A stretch of DNA of 64,000 bases. Origin: an uncultured Gemmatimonadales bacterium (lineage in GTDB: Bacteria; Gemmatimonadota; Gemmatimonadetes; Gemmatimonadales; GWC2-71-9). The DNA lies in NCBI GenBank assembly GCA_963779755.1, contig CAVZZO010000001.1, forward strand, positions 896,001 through 960,000. Reading direction: 5' to 3'. Under the pieces are notes generated by a model. That model was not told where the DNA came from and ran no database searches. It saw nothing but the letters and a program-made list of their open reading frames with translations. The position numbers were made by a program, and so were the translations under genes. Within the stretch, counting starts at the first letter, position 1; every line of letters begins with the position of its first letter. Shown one piece after another: positions 37,607 to 47,184 of this stretch.

Positions 37607-37659
37607 CGCCTTCTTCCGTCTTCGTCCCGTCCTTTTCCCGTCCTTTTCCCGTCTTGTCC
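37607..37659. repeat. Degenerate decamer tandem repeat (CCGTCCTTTT-like)
   Basis: ccgccttctt ccgtcttcgt cccgtcctttt cccgtcctttt cccgtcttgt (period 10-11). Confidence 0.6.
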
Positions 37660-37685
37660 AGGAGTCCGATGACCCGAGACAGCCG

Positions 37686-38726
37686 ATGAAGGCGCTCACC
37701 CTCACCGCGCTGGGAGGCCCCGGGCAGCTCGCCGTGCGGGATCTTCCTGCTCCGGCCGTTCGCGAGCCCACAGACGCGCTGATCCGGGTGCGCACCGCCG
37801 GGCTCAATCACCTGGACCTCTGGGTCATGGAGGGGCTCAAGGGGGTGCAGTACAACTTCCCGCTCATTGTCGCGGGCGATGCCGCCGGTGTAGTGGAGCA
37901 GGTCGGTCCCGGCGTGCAGGGGATCAAGCCGGGCGACCGCGTCATGGTGAACCCGGGGATCAGCTGCTACCGCTGCGACTACTGCCTCGCCGGGCAGCAC
38001 TCGCTCTGCCTCCGCTATGGACTGCTGGGTGAGCACCTGCCCGGCACCGCCGCCGAGCTGCTGGTGGTGCCGGTATGGAACGTGGCGCCGGCCCCGGCGA
38101 AGATGACCTGGGCCCAGGCGGGCTGCTTCTCGCTCGCGACCCTCACGGCCTGGCGCATGCTCATGACGCGGGCCCGGCTGCGGCCCGGCGAAACGGTGCT
38201 CATCTGGGGCATTGGCGGCGGCGTGGCGATTGCCGCGCTCCAGATCGCCAAGCTGGCGGGCGCGCGCGTCATCGTCACCAGCTCCTCCGACGGCAAACTG
38301 GAAGCAAGCCGCCTGCTCGGCGCCGACGAAACCCTGAACCACGCGCGCGATGATATTCCCGCCGAGGTTCGCAAGCTGACGCAGCGCCGCGGGGTGGAGG
38401 TGGTGGTAGATAACGTCGGCCAGGCGACCTGGGAGCGGTCGCTCCGATGCCTGGGTAAGGGCGGCCGTCTGGTGACCTGCGGGGCAACCTCGGGGCCGGT
38501 GGTGGAGACGGACGTCCGCCGGCTCTTCTGGTATCAGTGGGATATCCTGGGCAGCACCATGGGCAGCCATGAGGAGTACCGGGAAGTGGTCCAGCTGGCC
38601 TGGCAGGGGAAGCTCTGGCCGGTGGTGGATCGGGTGGTAGCGCTGGAAGAGGCGCCGGAGGCCTTTCGCCGGCTGGAGGCCGGCGCGCAGATGGGCAAAC
38701 TCGTCATCGAGGTGACACGTGAATGA
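37686..38726 (+). CDS. Zinc-binding alcohol dehydrogenase/quinone oxidoreductase (MDR family)
   Basis: LNHLD.W, CYRCDYCLAG...LC structural-Zn motif, GIGGGV. Confidence 0.9.
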   Translation: MKALTLTALGGPGQLAVRDLPAPAVREPTDALIRVRTAGLNHLDLWVMEGLKGVQYNFPLIVAGDAAGVVEQVGPGVQGIKPGDRVMVNPGISCYRCDYCLAGQHSLCLRYGLLGEHLPGTAAELLVVPVWNVAPAPAKMTWAQAGCFSLATLTAWRMLMTRARLRPGETVLIWGIGGGVAIAALQIAKLAGARVIVTSSSDGKLEASRLLGADETLNHARDDIPAEVRKLTQRRGVEVVVDNVGQATWERSLRCLGKGGRLVTCGATSGPVVETDVRRLFWYQWDILGSTMGSHEEYREVVQLAWQGKLWPVVDRVVALEEAPEAFRRLEAGAQMGKLVIEVTRE

Positions 38727-39441
38727 GCTGATGGATCGGATCGCGGGCGGCGCCGAAGAGCTGGGCCGAATCGCCCCGGCCCTCATCGCCGCGGGACTCG
38801 TGCTGCTCGCCGGCTACCTGCTGGCGCGCCAGGGCGAGCGTTGGGTGGACCGCCTGCTCAAGCGGGTGGATTTCAACCGGGTTGCCGCCGAAGGCGGCCT
38901 GGCCGACGCGGTGGATCGCGCCCGCCCCCATCTCGACCCGGTGCACGCCATGGGCAAGCTGATGTTCTGGCTGATCATGCTGGTGGTGATCCTGCTTGCC
39001 AGCGCGGCGCTGGGCCTCGAGAGCATCAACGAGATGTTCGGCATGATGCTGGCGTTCATCCCCACGCTGATCGCGGCCATCGTCATCGTGATCCTGGGGC
39101 TCATCGTCGGCGAGTTCGTCCGCGGCATCATCCTGGCATCCGCCGGCCGCCTCGAAGGCGTGCCGCTGGTAGCCAAGCTGGCCAAGGTGGCGGTCATCCT
39201 GATCTCCATTTTCATGGCCCTGCAGCAGGTCGGCGTCGCGGCCGATATCGTCACCGCCGCTTTCACTCTGATTGTGGGTGCGGTCGCCCTCGCCGCCGGC
39301 CTGGCCTTCGGTCTGGGCAACCGCGAGCTGGCGGGGGAGATCACCCGCCGCTGGTATGAACAGGGCCGGAGCCGGTACCGGAGGAAGACGGACGCGACCG
39401 CGCCGCAGTCGGAAGAAGAATCGGCGGGCATGGCGGGGTAG
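38719..39441 (+). CDS. MscS TM-helix repeat (CmpX-like) membrane protein
   Basis: Repeated P.LIAA..I..G; C-terminal AAGLAFGLGNRELA. Confidence 0.8.
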   Translation: MNELMDRIAGGAEELGRIAPALIAAGLVLLAGYLLARQGERWVDRLLKRVDFNRVAAEGGLADAVDRARPHLDPVHAMGKLMFWLIMLVVILLASAALGLESINEMFGMMLAFIPTLIAAIVIVILGLIVGEFVRGIILASAGRLEGVPLVAKLAKVAVILISIFMALQQVGVAADIVTAAFTLIVGAVALAAGLAFGLGNRELAGEITRRWYEQGRSRYRRKTDATAPQSEEESAGMAG

Positions 39442-39448
39442 AGACGGC

Positions 39449-39520
39449 GGGAAATGGGGAAGAGGGAAGCGGGAAGGGTCTTGAGCTTCCGTTTCCCGGT
39501 TCCCCTTTCCCATTTCCCGC
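39449..39520. repeat. Inverted heptamer repeat pair (GGGAARN / NYTTCCC)
   Basis: gggaaat gggaaga gggaagc gggaagg ... gtttccc ggttccc tttccc atttccc. Confidence 0.8.
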
Positions 39521-39541
39521 TGTTCGCGCCACATTCCCAGT

Positions 39542-40615
39542 ATGCGCCCCTTCCTCCCCCTCTGCCTCCTGGCGGCCGCCGCCTGCGGCCCGGAAACGCC
39601 CCAGGCGGTCCAGGTCACCTTGGCCGCCCCGTCCGATACCCTCCACGTTCCCTGGGTGAGCCCCAGCCGCGGCATCTCGCTGGCCGGCGGTCGCTGGGCC
39701 GTGCTCTCTCCCGATGATCAGATCGTGGGAATCGTGGAGTTCGGCGGGGCCTCGCCCGCCATTCTCGGCGGCCAGACCCACCCGGCCTACCGTCGGCCTT
39801 ACGCGCTGTTCCGCGCCGGCGACTCCCTCTATCTGGCCGACTGGGACAAGCGGCGGCTGACCCTCTGGACCCTGGACGGGAAGCTGGCCGACTCGGTCGC
39901 TGCGCCCGACATCCTGCGTGGCACCCTGCCGGAGGCCCGCGATTCCGCCCGGCGCTACTACGCCGGCATGCGCACGCCCTCGGCTTCGATCGCCTCCGGC
40001 CATCCCGATTCCGCCGCCGTAGTGCGCACGCCGCCGGATTTTTCCGCCGTGGATACCGTTGCCCGCCTGGCGCCGCCCGAGGTGGCCGAAGGGCCGGGCG
40101 AGTCGGGGCGGCGCTATCAGCCCCGGGCGCTCTCGGGCAAGGATCTCTGGGGGGTACTGCCCGACGGCTCGCTGTGGATCGCCCGGGTGAGTCCCGACCG
40201 GGTCGACTGGCGCGGCCCGGCGGGCAAGAAGATCGAAGGCGACCTGCTCCCCGATCGGGCGCTCTCCGTACTGCCCGAAGACCGCCAGGCCTTCGTGCAG
40301 CAGTTTCCCGAGGATCTGCGTCGCTCGGCGCAGCAGGTGCCGTTCGCCCTGGTGAAGCCGCCCTTCACCGACGCCATCGGCGGGCCGGATGGCAATGTCT
40401 GGCTGGTGAAGAGCTACTCCCTGGCCGACTCCACCCGGTCGGCCCAGGTGGTGAACCGCCAGGGACAGCTGGTGCGGGTGCTGACCTGGAGCGGTACGGG
40501 AACGCTGATCGGCGTGGGGCAGGACGGGCTGCTGGTGGCGCAGCGCGATTCGAGCGGATATCTGCTGCTCGGGTACCATCTGGACGCACAGGGGGCGAGC
40601 CGGCCGGGAGGTTGA
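39542..40615 (+). CDS. Beta-propeller-like lipoprotein
   Basis: Lipobox AAAC; GDSLYLAD, PDGSLWI, KPPF..A.GGPDGNVWL. Confidence 0.7.
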   Translation: MRPFLPLCLLAAAACGPETPQAVQVTLAAPSDTLHVPWVSPSRGISLAGGRWAVLSPDDQIVGIVEFGGASPAILGGQTHPAYRRPYALFRAGDSLYLADWDKRRLTLWTLDGKLADSVAAPDILRGTLPEARDSARRYYAGMRTPSASIASGHPDSAAVVRTPPDFSAVDTVARLAPPEVAEGPGESGRRYQPRALSGKDLWGVLPDGSLWIARVSPDRVDWRGPAGKKIEGDLLPDRALSVLPEDRQAFVQQFPEDLRRSAQQVPFALVKPPFTDAIGGPDGNVWLVKSYSLADSTRSAQVVNRQGQLVRVLTWSGTGTLIGVGQDGLLVAQRDSSGYLLLGYHLDAQGASRPGG

Positions 40616-40642
40616 CCGGCATCTGTTACTGGGCACCCCTGG

Positions 40643-40672
40643 CTTGCCGTCTTGCCGTCTTGCCGTCTTGTC
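40643..40672. repeat. Octamer tandem repeat (GTCTTGCC)
   Basis: cttgcc gtcttgcc gtcttgcc gtcttgtc. Confidence 0.8.
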
Positions 40673-43327
40673 CTACGGAGTCCAGTAGTAACTCACCTTC
40701 ACGGCAAAGATGTTATCCGCCTTGGCGCTCCAGAGCTGGCGCAGGGAGTGCCCCAGGCGGAAATCGCCGATGGTCTCGTCGCTGCTCCGGCTCTGGGTCC
40801 ACACCAGGAACAAGGTGCTGCCGGGCAGGTACTCCCATCGCAGGACCGCGTTCCCTCGCAAGGACCGGAAGTTGAAATCGGGGTTGCCCACCGCAATGGG
40901 CTGCGCCGGGCCGGCCGGCCCGTCCGGGTCGGCGGTGTAGGTGTTGCCGTCGAAGGTGGAGGCGCCGTCCCTGCCATAGCGGGTGAAGTCGTAGCTCCGG
41001 GGCCGGCGCAGCTCGCCGAAGTGGTAGTAGTCCCCCGACGCGATGAGCGGCTGGGCGAACAGCTCCAGGCTCAGCCGCGGGTTGAAAATCCAGTTGAGCC
41101 GCAGATTGCCGGAGAGCGTGGTCTGCTGCAGCGCGGCGAACACGTACCGGTTGCCGAAGGTGCCGCCGGCGGTGGGGTCCGCAAAGGTGCCCACGTACTG
41201 CGCGCTGGTGAAGCTCCGGCTGAGCTCCGGCTCGAACCTGAGCGAGAGGCTGCTGGCCGGCTTCCACTCCACGCTGGGACTGACACTCCAGCTCCGGTCG
41301 GCATCCTGCTGGTAGCGGGAGACATGCCCCCAGAGACCGAAGACCATGGTCTTGCGGTCGTCGCTGTCGAGACTCAGGCTGGCCTCCCAGCCCGGCGGAT
41401 TGAGCGCCAGCGGGCCGCCCCGGGTGAGCCGGAAGCTCACCGACTGCGGGTTGTAGGCCATGGTGTACTGCAGGCTGTAGTAGTTCAGGAACTGGAGATT
41501 GCCGCTGTGCCACAGACCGGTCCAGGTGACGTCGCCGCCGTAATCCCAGCTGCGGAACGCCGCGGTGTTGAGGCTGGCGGAACGGAACACCTTGCCCGGC
41601 TGGGACCAGCGGCGGCTGACCACGAAATGGCCGTTGACCACGTCCGACTGCCACTGGAACCCGAGGTCGTTGAGATCGAATCCGGGCGAGATGGTGCCGA
41701 GTGCGGTATTGATCCGCCAGTCGCCCTTCTGCTTGTTGAGGGCCACACGGGCCCCGAAGCCGGCCAGGGCGGTACGGGTGGAATCGAAGTGAAGATACCC
41801 GGCGTCGGGCCGCTGGTAGTAATGCAGCGAGCTCTGCTGCAGATCGGCGATGCGGGCCTGGTCGCCGCCCACGCGGGTGGCGCCGGCCCAGCCGGTCAGC
41901 ACCCAGGCCTTGTCGTGGTCGAGGAAGGTCCAGCCGTCAACGCCGCCCGCCAGGGCGTTGCTGTTGATCTGGTCCCGCAGGCGCGGGTCTCCGAAATCGC
42001 GCGCGGCGATGGTGCCGATGAACCCGATGCCCTGGCGGCCATCGTTGAAGTCGCGCTGCACCCGGGTGACGCCGTAATAGCTCCGGGGCTCCACTTCCAG
42101 CCGGCTCAGCCGGCCGCCGATGTCCACCTGGGCGTCTTCCCGGCCGGTGAGAGCGTGCAGCATCCCGAAATTCCAGTTGCCGGCGACCTTCCCCGTCAGT
42201 TTGGCCGCGCCCAGAATGCTGGTGCCCTGGGGTATATGGCTGAATTCATTGTCCGGCAGGCTGCCCTGCGGCGCCCGGCCGATCCGCCGGGTATAGAAGA
42301 ACTCCGGCGTGCCGAAATTGAAGCCCCAGTTGTTGTTCGCGCCGCCGAACCCGAACTCGAAGATGTTCGACCCCTCCACGAAGAACGGCCGCTTCTCGGG
42401 GAAGAAGGTCTCGAAATCGCTCAGGTTCACCACCGCCGGGTCCACCTCCACCTGGCCGAAATCCGGGTTGATGGTGCCGTCCAGCGTCAGGCTGTTGCTG
42501 AGCCCGACCCGGAAGTCCGCACCCATGCCGCCGGCGAAGCGTGATCCGTCGTTGAACGGATCGCCCGGCGCATGCCCCAGCAGCTCCGCCCGGGAGGTGA
42601 CATAGGGCATCACCTCCACCCGCCGCGGCGGATGCAGGTTGGTCAGGCCTACCAGCTCGGGGAATCGGCTCACGAACCCGCTGCCGTTCTTGGGGGTGTA
42701 GACCAGAAAGTCGCTCTCGTTCCGCCGGGCGATGTCCCGGCGGAAATTGATGCCCCAGATCTGCGACGGCCGCTGGCGGAAGCGCAGCTGGGAATAGGGA
42801 ATGCGCATCTCCACCGTCCATCCGTCCGTCCCGATATGGGTCGCGGCCTCCCAGACGCCGTCCCAGCTGTCGTCATCCCAGTCGTCATTGTACAGGGTAC
42901 CGTCGTACAGCGTGCCGGCCGCGTTGACCGCGAAATAGACGCCGGTGCGCCCGTCATGATAGGGATCGAGATAGACCCCGAACATGTCGGCCGTGACGCT
43001 CCGGTCGCGCCGGGCCAGCCGCGCAATGATCGAATCGGGGTGGGGGTCATAGAGACGGGCGCCGACATACAGAGCCTCGTCGTCATAGAGGACATACACC
43101 ACCGTACGCTCGGTCGGGGCTTCGCCCTCGTGAGGATCGCGCTGGACGAAGCGGGCAAAAGCGACGGCGTGCTGCCACAGGTCTTCCGACAGCACGCCGT
43201 CCAGCGACACCGGCTGCTGCGTGCGCACCGCCTGGACCTGCAACGGAGCAGGATCGGACGGACGCACGCCGCCGGCCGATCCCTGCAGGCCGGTGAGCGT
43301 CAACAGGAGGGTGGCGATCAGATGCAT
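40673..43327 (-). CDS. DUF5916 outer-membrane protein with N-terminal CBM9-like domain
   Basis: LDG.L.E..W, GWTVEMRIPYSQLRF, INPDFGQVEVD, FFPEKRPFFVEG; C-terminal VKVSYYW. Confidence 0.88.
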   Translation of the reverse strand: MHLIATLLLTLTGLQGSAGGVRPSDPAPLQVQAVRTQQPVSLDGVLSEDLWQHAVAFARFVQRDPHEGEAPTERTVVYVLYDDEALYVGARLYDPHPDSIIARLARRDRSVTADMFGVYLDPYHDGRTGVYFAVNAAGTLYDGTLYNDDWDDDSWDGVWEAATHIGTDGWTVEMRIPYSQLRFRQRPSQIWGINFRRDIARRNESDFLVYTPKNGSGFVSRFPELVGLTNLHPPRRVEVMPYVTSRAELLGHAPGDPFNDGSRFAGGMGADFRVGLSNSLTLDGTINPDFGQVEVDPAVVNLSDFETFFPEKRPFFVEGSNIFEFGFGGANNNWGFNFGTPEFFYTRRIGRAPQGSLPDNEFSHIPQGTSILGAAKLTGKVAGNWNFGMLHALTGREDAQVDIGGRLSRLEVEPRSYYGVTRVQRDFNDGRQGIGFIGTIAARDFGDPRLRDQINSNALAGGVDGWTFLDHDKAWVLTGWAGATRVGGDQARIADLQQSSLHYYQRPDAGYLHFDSTRTALAGFGARVALNKQKGDWRINTALGTISPGFDLNDLGFQWQSDVVNGHFVVSRRWSQPGKVFRSASLNTAAFRSWDYGGDVTWTGLWHSGNLQFLNYYSLQYTMAYNPQSVSFRLTRGGPLALNPPGWEASLSLDSDDRKTMVFGLWGHVSRYQQDADRSWSVSPSVEWKPASSLSLRFEPELSRSFTSAQYVGTFADPTAGGTFGNRYVFAALQQTTLSGNLRLNWIFNPRLSLELFAQPLIASGDYYHFGELRRPRSYDFTRYGRDGASTFDGNTYTADPDGPAGPAQPIAVGNPDFNFRSLRGNAVLRWEYLPGSTLFLVWTQSRSSDETIGDFRLGHSLRQLWSAKADNIFAVKVSYYWTP

Positions 43328-43370
43328 GAGCGGCTCGACGCGTGGGGGTGAACGCGACAACTACCCCCGT

Positions 43371-43400
43371 TAGAGGCGTCAATACGCGGAATGGTTGACA
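43371..43400 (-). promoter_or_regulatory. Putative ECF-sigma promoter
   Basis: TGTCAACC-N14-CGCCTCTA; same architecture as the motif upstream of the ECF sigma gene. Confidence 0.5.
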
Positions 43401-43440
43401 GCAGATTCGGCGGGGAGACGTACCAGTGGGTATGGCCCGC

Positions 43441-43580
43441 GGGAAGCGGGAAGCGGGAAGCGGGAAGCGGGAAGCGGGAAGCGGGAAGCGGGAAGCGGGA
43501 AACGGGAAGCGGGAACGGGAAACGGGAAACGGAACAAGGCACAGGAGCCTTTTCCCCGTTCCCGTTTCCCGCTTCCCGTT
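43441..43580. repeat. Heptamer tandem repeat (GGGAAGC) x~13 with a shorter inverted arm
   Basis: Eight perfect GGGAAGC units, then GGGAAAC variants; inverted ttcccgt/ttcccgc arm at 43551-43580. Confidence 0.95.
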
Positions 43581-44350
43581 CAGTTGGTCAGGATCTGCTC
43601 GAACAGCGCCAGGGCTCTCGGATCCTCCGACTGCCCCAGCCAGAACAGGGCCTTCTTGCGGATCTGCGGGTCGTGGTTGGACTTCGCGACCTGAATCAGG
43701 GCTTCGACCCCGGTGTCGTTGTGCAGCTGCGACAGGCCGAAAACGGCCGCCTCCCGCACCTCGCGGTCTTCGCTGTCGTCTTCCGCGAGGTCCTTCAGCC
43801 CTTCGGTCGCCTTATCGCCCGCCGCCTGACTGAGCCAGAAGACAGCCGACTTGCGGGTGCGGGAGGGGACCTGGTCGTTGCGCGCCAGCGCCAGCAGGTC
43901 GGGCCAGGGCGTGACGCTGTCGGCCAGGGTGACCGCGAAGACGGCGTCTTCGCCGGCGTGCCCCGGCGCCCGGCGCGCGAGCTCGAGCAGATAGGCGCCG
44001 GCGTCGGGAGCGGCCACCGGTCCCAGATCCGTCACCCCCGATTCCGCCGCGCCCCAGCTGCCGCCCACCCGGGTCCGGATCCGGGTGACCGCCCCGTCCC
44101 GCACCTCGAGCGACAGACGCACCGGGCCGGGAAGACAGAGGCAGGGGCTGTCGGAGTCTCCGTTCCGGGTGATGCGATTGTGGTCGTTGATCTGAATGTT
44201 GTTGTCGCCGTTGCCGCACACACCCTGGCGGGCGGTGAACGCCATCCGGACGGTCCCGCTGCCCACGGCGCTGACGCGGGAGGCGAGGGATTGGGCGTGC
44301 GCCGGGGACGCGAGGCAGACGCCCGCGAGGGCGAGGAGTACGATGCGCAT
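43580..44350 (-). CDS. Secreted HEAT-repeat protein
   Basis: Signal peptide; repeated R..AVFWLSQ / RKKALFWLGQ. Confidence 0.85.
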   Translation of the reverse strand: MRIVLLALAGVCLASPAHAQSLASRVSAVGSGTVRMAFTARQGVCGNGDNNIQINDHNRITRNGDSDSPCLCLPGPVRLSLEVRDGAVTRIRTRVGGSWGAAESGVTDLGPVAAPDAGAYLLELARRAPGHAGEDAVFAVTLADSVTPWPDLLALARNDQVPSRTRKSAVFWLSQAAGDKATEGLKDLAEDDSEDREVREAAVFGLSQLHNDTGVEALIQVAKSNHDPQIRKKALFWLGQSEDPRALALFEQILTN

Positions 44351-44380
44351 TAGAAGGCTCCGATCCGGGTCGCTGGACGC

Positions 44381-44507
44381 TAGTCGGTAGTCATTAGTCG
44401 TTAGTCGCTGGTCGTTAGTCGCTAGCCCCCAGGACAGCCTGGTACTCCGGCGAAGCTCCGCCAACCTCAGAAGATTCCGGACTAGCGACTAGCGACTAAC
44501 GACCGAC
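44381..44507. repeat. Inverted heptamer repeat pair (TAGTCGY / RCGACTA)
   Basis: Six left units at 44381-44424; right arm gactagc gactagc gactaac gacc. Confidence 0.85.
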
Positions 44508-44509
44508 AC

Positions 44510-45919
44510 TTACTGGTTAATCACATCCTCCAGCACCTTCGCCGCCCGGGGGTCCTTGCTCTGCGACAGCCAGAACAGGGCCTTCTTGCGCAGGTCGGGA
44601 TTGCTGTCGGTCTTCGCGATCTGGATCAGCTTGTCCACCGCGGCCGGATCTCTCCGCTGCGAATAGACGAAGATGAGCTGCTCTTTCATTTCCTGGTCGC
44701 TCACCTTGTCGTACAGCCCCGTCAGGTCGGTGATGGAGACCTGGCTGGTCTGGCCCGCCCAGAAGAGCGCCTTCTTGCGCAGATCGGTGGGCTCCTGCTG
44801 GTTCATGGCGATCGTCATGAGCCACTTACCGCTCTCCGGCCGCTTCATCTGGCTCAGCGAGAAGATGATCTTCTCCTTGAGGTCGGCGCTGGCGGTCCGG
44901 CCATAGAGCTGTTCCAGGAAGGCGGCGTTTTCGGCGCTGCCCTGCTGCCCCATCCAGAACACCGCCTGCTCCTTCACTTCCTCACTGGCGTCCTGCCGCA
45001 TGGCGATGCCGCGGAGCGCCTCGCCCGCCTTCGGGCTGTGGATCTGGGAGAGGGCGAAGACGGCCTTCTTCTGCAGCTCCGGGTCGTTGGAGCTGCGCAG
45101 CACCGAATCCAGCGCCGGGATGGCCTGCTCCGACGGGACCTGCGACAGCCAGAACACCGCCTGTTCCCGGACTTCAGGGTCGGGGTCGCTCCGCACCGCG
45201 TTGAGCAGGATCTGGGTGGATTCGGTGCTCCGCTTCTGCGCCACCAGGAAGACCGCCTTGCGGCGCAGGCTCGCGGTGCAGGGCTCCCGCCGGGCCAGCA
45301 CCTTCTTCAGGATGGGAATCGCCTGGTCGGCGTCCATCTGCAGCAGCCCGTTGAGAGCGGCGATCCGGACATCGTTGTTCTCGTCCGGGCAGCCGGAGCC
45401 CGACGCCACGTCGGCCTGTTTGGTGATGTCTTCTGCCGCGTTCACATCCCCCTGCTTGGCCAGGACGCCCTGAATCCGGGTACGCAGCGACTCGGCGTCG
45501 CTCCGGGTCGCGGCACGGGGATAACGGCTGCGCTGGGTGTCCAGCAGCTCCCGCGCGACACGGAGGTCGTCGTTGCCCCCCATCCGGTAGCGCGCGAACG
45601 CCTCCCAGTAGTAGCTGTCCGCGCTATAGCGTGAATCGGGATACCGTTCGCGCACCTGGTGGAAGAGCTGCGCCGCGCGCGCGAAGTCGCTCCGCTGCAG
45701 GGCGTCGCGCCCGGCGCGGTAGAGCGAGTCGGCCGGATCCTGAGGGAAGGAGAGATCCGGAAGCGTGATGCCTTCCATCACTCCCCGGTCGAAGGTCGAA
45801 GGCCGGAGGTCGAAGGAGGCTGCAGCCAGTTTGCCCTTTGACCTCTGACCTTCGACCTGCTGGCCAAGCGAGGGGAAGCCCGCCATCGCCACGATCATCG
45901 CAATGCTCATCATACGCAT
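44510..45919 (-). CDS. Secreted TPR + HEAT-repeat protein
   Basis: GGAGAA RBS; signal peptide; DSLYRAG..AL...YYWEAFA TPR; about seven AVFWL.Q HEAT repeats. Confidence 0.85.
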   Translation of the reverse strand: MRMMSIAMIVAMAGFPSLGQQVEGQRSKGKLAAASFDLRPSTFDRGVMEGITLPDLSFPQDPADSLYRAGRDALQRSDFARAAQLFHQVRERYPDSRYSADSYYWEAFARYRMGGNDDLRVARELLDTQRSRYPRAATRSDAESLRTRIQGVLAKQGDVNAAEDITKQADVASGSGCPDENNDVRIAALNGLLQMDADQAIPILKKVLARREPCTASLRRKAVFLVAQKRSTESTQILLNAVRSDPDPEVREQAVFWLSQVPSEQAIPALDSVLRSSNDPELQKKAVFALSQIHSPKAGEALRGIAMRQDASEEVKEQAVFWMGQQGSAENAAFLEQLYGRTASADLKEKIIFSLSQMKRPESGKWLMTIAMNQQEPTDLRKKALFWAGQTSQVSITDLTGLYDKVSDQEMKEQLIFVYSQRRDPAAVDKLIQIAKTDSNPDLRKKALFWLSQSKDPRAAKVLEDVINQ

Positions 45920-45930
45920 GGGTATTCTCC

Positions 45931-46578
45931 TCAAAGTCCCGTGACGGCCGGTCCGGCCGGTACGGCGGTCCGCAGCCGCGGCAGAATGCCGCTCTGCTCC
46001 AGTCCCCGGGCCACATAGGCCGCGTCGTCGTTCCCCTGGGAGATCTGGGAGATCTCCGCCAGGAGGAGTTCCAGATCCTGCAACAGCTGCTTCATGCGGG
46101 CGTTGCGCGCCGCGGGAGAATCGAGCAGCAGGCGATTCGTGGCCAGGAGCCGCTGGGCTTCGCGGCTCTGGGTCGTATCCTGTCCCGCCGCCGTGGTGTC
46201 GAGTCTGAAGGCGGTCAGGAACGCTTCGGCCTGGCTCAGGTACTGCGTCGCCGCCACCTGGTAGACCCGCGCCGAACCCAGGTCTGCCGCGCCCGTTGCC
46301 GGCGCGCTCGCGGTATCCGCGCCCCGCGCCACCGCCGGCGCCGCGGCCGGCCCCCGGCTCACGCGCCCGAGGAAGACGCCGAGGGCCAGCAGCGCCGCGG
46401 CCGCGAGCGGAATCCAGACGACCGGCCGGCGCCATCCTGCCGTCTTGCCGTCTTGCCGTCTTGCCGTCCTGCGGGCCTGAATCGTCTGCCACATGGCTTC
46501 GCGGGGCGTTTCCGGGGGCACGTGATATTCCTTCCGGGCGTTCTCGCCCAGCCAGTCCTCGAACCGATCGTCGGTCAT
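45931..46578 (-). CDS. Putative single-pass anti-sigma factor
   Basis: ATGA overlap with the ECF sigma gene; P..PREAMWQTI N-terminus and one TM helix (AAAALLALGVFLGR). Confidence 0.7.
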   Translation of the reverse strand: MTDDRFEDWLGENARKEYHVPPETPREAMWQTIQARRTARRQDGKTAGWRRPVVWIPLAAAALLALGVFLGRVSRGPAAAPAVARGADTASAPATGAADLGSARVYQVAATQYLSQAEAFLTAFRLDTTAAGQDTTQSREAQRLLATNRLLLDSPAARNARMKQLLQDLELLLAEISQISQGNDDAAYVARGLEQSGILPRLRTAVPAGPAVTGL

Positions 46579-47114
46579 GCCGTCTCTCCCGCGAAATCCG
46601 CCAGCGCCTGGCGCAGCCTGGCCCGGGCGCGGAACAACTGGGCCTTCGAGGTCCCGGGCTGGATGCCCAGGGCCGAGCCGATCTCTTCGTGCGTGTAGCC
46701 CTCGACATCGTGCATGAGGAACACCGTCCGGTAACCGTCTGCCAGGTTGTCGATCGCCTGGCGCATTCTCACCTTCAGGTCGGGATCCGCCCGCTTCTGG
46801 CCTGCTGCGTGGTGAATACCCTCGTTCAGCTCCGTCTCCCGTTCCCGCGACCGCTTCACCTTGCGTAATCCGTTGAGTGCCACCGAGGTAGCGATCGAGG
46901 TCAGCCAGGTGCTGAAGGCCGCCTCGCCCCGGAAGGTGCTCAGCCGGTCGAAAGCCCGGATGAACGTCTCCTGAGTAAAGTCCTGGGCCAGGTCGCCGTC
47001 CCCCGCCATCCGGTACGCCAGCCGGTAGACCCGGTCCACGTGCGCCTCGTACAGGGCGCGTTCCGCGGCAGGATCACCGGCCAGGACCTGCTGGATCAGT
47101 CGCTGTTCGTCCAC
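46575..47114 (-). CDS. ECF RNA polymerase sigma factor
   Basis: AQDFTQETFIRAF..L..FRGEAAFSTWL; region 4 EGYTHEEI...LGI..GTSKAQLFRAR. Confidence 0.95.
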   Translation of the reverse strand: MDEQRLIQQVLAGDPAAERALYEAHVDRVYRLAYRMAGDGDLAQDFTQETFIRAFDRLSTFRGEAAFSTWLTSIATSVALNGLRKVKRSRERETELNEGIHHAAGQKRADPDLKVRMRQAIDNLADGYRTVFLMHDVEGYTHEEIGSALGIQPGTSKAQLFRARARLRQALADFAGETA

Positions 47115-47150
47115 GGGCTTTCCAGGCGGTCAAAGGGTCAGGACTGGCTG

Positions 47151-47181
47151 TAGGACACGGGGGCGGCACGGAAGGTTTGCA
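47151..47181 (-). promoter_or_regulatory. Putative autoregulated ECF promoter
   Basis: TGCAAACC-N14-CGTGTCCTA (AAC/CGT-type elements) about 37 nt upstream of the sigma start. Confidence 0.55.
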
Positions 47182-47184
47182 GCA

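Noticed and set aside
44510..46708. 732-aa HEAT fusion protein
   Set aside because: The upstream part overlaps the sigma and anti-sigma genes in another frame; RBS and signal peptide mark the start at 45919
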